Positions 62,773 through 64,000 of a stretch of DNA of 64,000 bases are shown piece after piece (the stretch's first letter is position 1; every line of letters begins with the position of its first letter). The position numbers were made by a program, and so were the translations under genes. Under the pieces are notes generated by a model. It was given only the letters and a program-made list of their open reading frames with translations, searched no databases and was not told the origin of the DNA. Source of the DNA: Chiloscyllium plagiosum (taxonomy: Eukaryota); the NCBI RefSeq assembly GCF_004010195.1, contig NC_057731.1, forward strand, positions 13,106,145-13,170,144, written 5' to 3'.

Positions 62773-63429
62773 TTCATTATTCATTACAAAGATGGGCTGA
62801 GTAGCCCAAAGCTTGAATATTGACAAGAAGAGAGACATGTTGCCACAGCTTTTGTCTTGCACTCGCCTGTACAAATGCAAGTAAAGTGCAGTTTTAAAGA
62901 GAACAATAATTTGTCACAGATAAGGGGTATGTTCAAGCCCTGAGCCTTGTATAAATTACCTGGGAGCTCAGCGAGCGTACAGTTTCCCTTTGTTTGTTCC
63001 ATAGCAATGCCTCAGTTAATCTGACTGGCAAACCGATAAGCACCTTTTTTCCTTTAGTGTAGCTCAGGTTAAGTTGTTTACATCGTTAAAAATTTAGAAT
63101 TCAATTATTGCTTAAATGAGTGTAAAATGAGAAGCTGTGAAGGTTCTGTTGTTTCAGTAAAATACCATGAAATGAAATTCTGCTTTACCTGAATCAGTGG
63201 TTCTCAACTGTTCTGGTTCTGAGAGCCTCTTCCATATTATAATATTGCTACGGATCTTCTGTGGAATGAAAGCATCACCTTTTCTACATAAAGTGTAGTT
63301 ATGCACTTAAGCATATGATTTTAATATTAATGGATTACGACAGAGACATATCACTTCTGTGCATTTTGTGAAGATTGTTGTAGAAAATTCTCCTGAATAG
63401 CTTCCCCATCAGGGACGGCATCTTTCCAG

Positions 63430-63660
63430 ATGTCCAGTGAGGTTTCCCATTATCCAAGGGAACCATAAATGTATCACTCAACAAATCCAGGGAAAGCCTA
63501 TGGAACAAAGCAAAGAGACCTGCAGGGCTTTCATTGAACTTTTAAAGGCCTTTGACACTATCAACCAGGAAGCATTTTGGGAATTCCTCCAGAAGCCTAG
63601 ATACCCAGGAAGATTCCTTACTATTCTACAACTCCAGCAACATGGCATGATGGCAACTGG
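63430..63660 (+). mobile_element. RTE-clade LINE RT fragment
   Basis: QIQGKPMEQ..AFIELLKAFDTINQEAFW..P.RFLTILQ resembles the RTE QEKCREQ..AFIDLTKAFDTV motif. Confidence 0.6.
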
Positions 63661-64000
63661 CTTTTCACTACTCCTCCTCCTGTTTCTATGAGCAGCAAAT
63701 CCTGTCAGGTCCAAAGGATCATCTCAGTGAACCCTGTGGATAGGAACTGCCTTCCCAGTTTTTCCCTCCACCCATAATACCCAGACTTTTTCCTCCTGAC
63801 TCTATGTGTGTGAAGGGACATTTACAAGGGGCTTAGAGTTTTAACCAGTAAAGTTATATGTTAATAGTTTATAATTGTTTCTCAGTAGTTAGAATCTATT
63901 GATATGTAATAAGCAGCAATCCTAGCTATGTACAGAAACCTGATCCGTGCTTTCTGTCAATCTCAGTCTGAAACACATTGCTGAATTAGAAGTAAGTTTT

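Overview
Vertebrate genomic DNA, most likely a shark (inferred from HE1/V-SINE-like SINEs and abundant CR1 and Penelope-like repeats), with four N gaps. The window holds a cluster of four IFIT5-like genes (interferon-induced proteins with tetratricopeptide repeats). Each has the typical IFIT layout: a first exon with only 5 coding nt (ATG+2 nt, phase-2 intron) and one large second exon. Copy A (+, 1413-1417/3678-4959) is C-terminally truncated by a TGA. Copy B (-, 19987-19983/18038-16625) has an in-frame CGA>TGA stop yet keeps the strongest ISRE. Copies C (+, 43723-43727/51803-53255) and D (+, 57572-57576/61338-62772) are intact. The 5' halves of the four coding exons are nearly identical while the 3' halves and introns are diverged. 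Promoter relationships (A+B, C+D) disagree with coding relationships (B+D), which points to gene conversion. The rest is transposon-derived: SINEs, CR1/L2/RTE fragments, Harbinger relics, LTR-like pieces and Penelope-like elements (PLEs). Several small PLE derivatives form fold-back hairpins, carry minimal hammerhead-ribozyme motifs on both strands and are flanked by 10-14 bp target-site duplications (TSDs). All alignments were done by eye.
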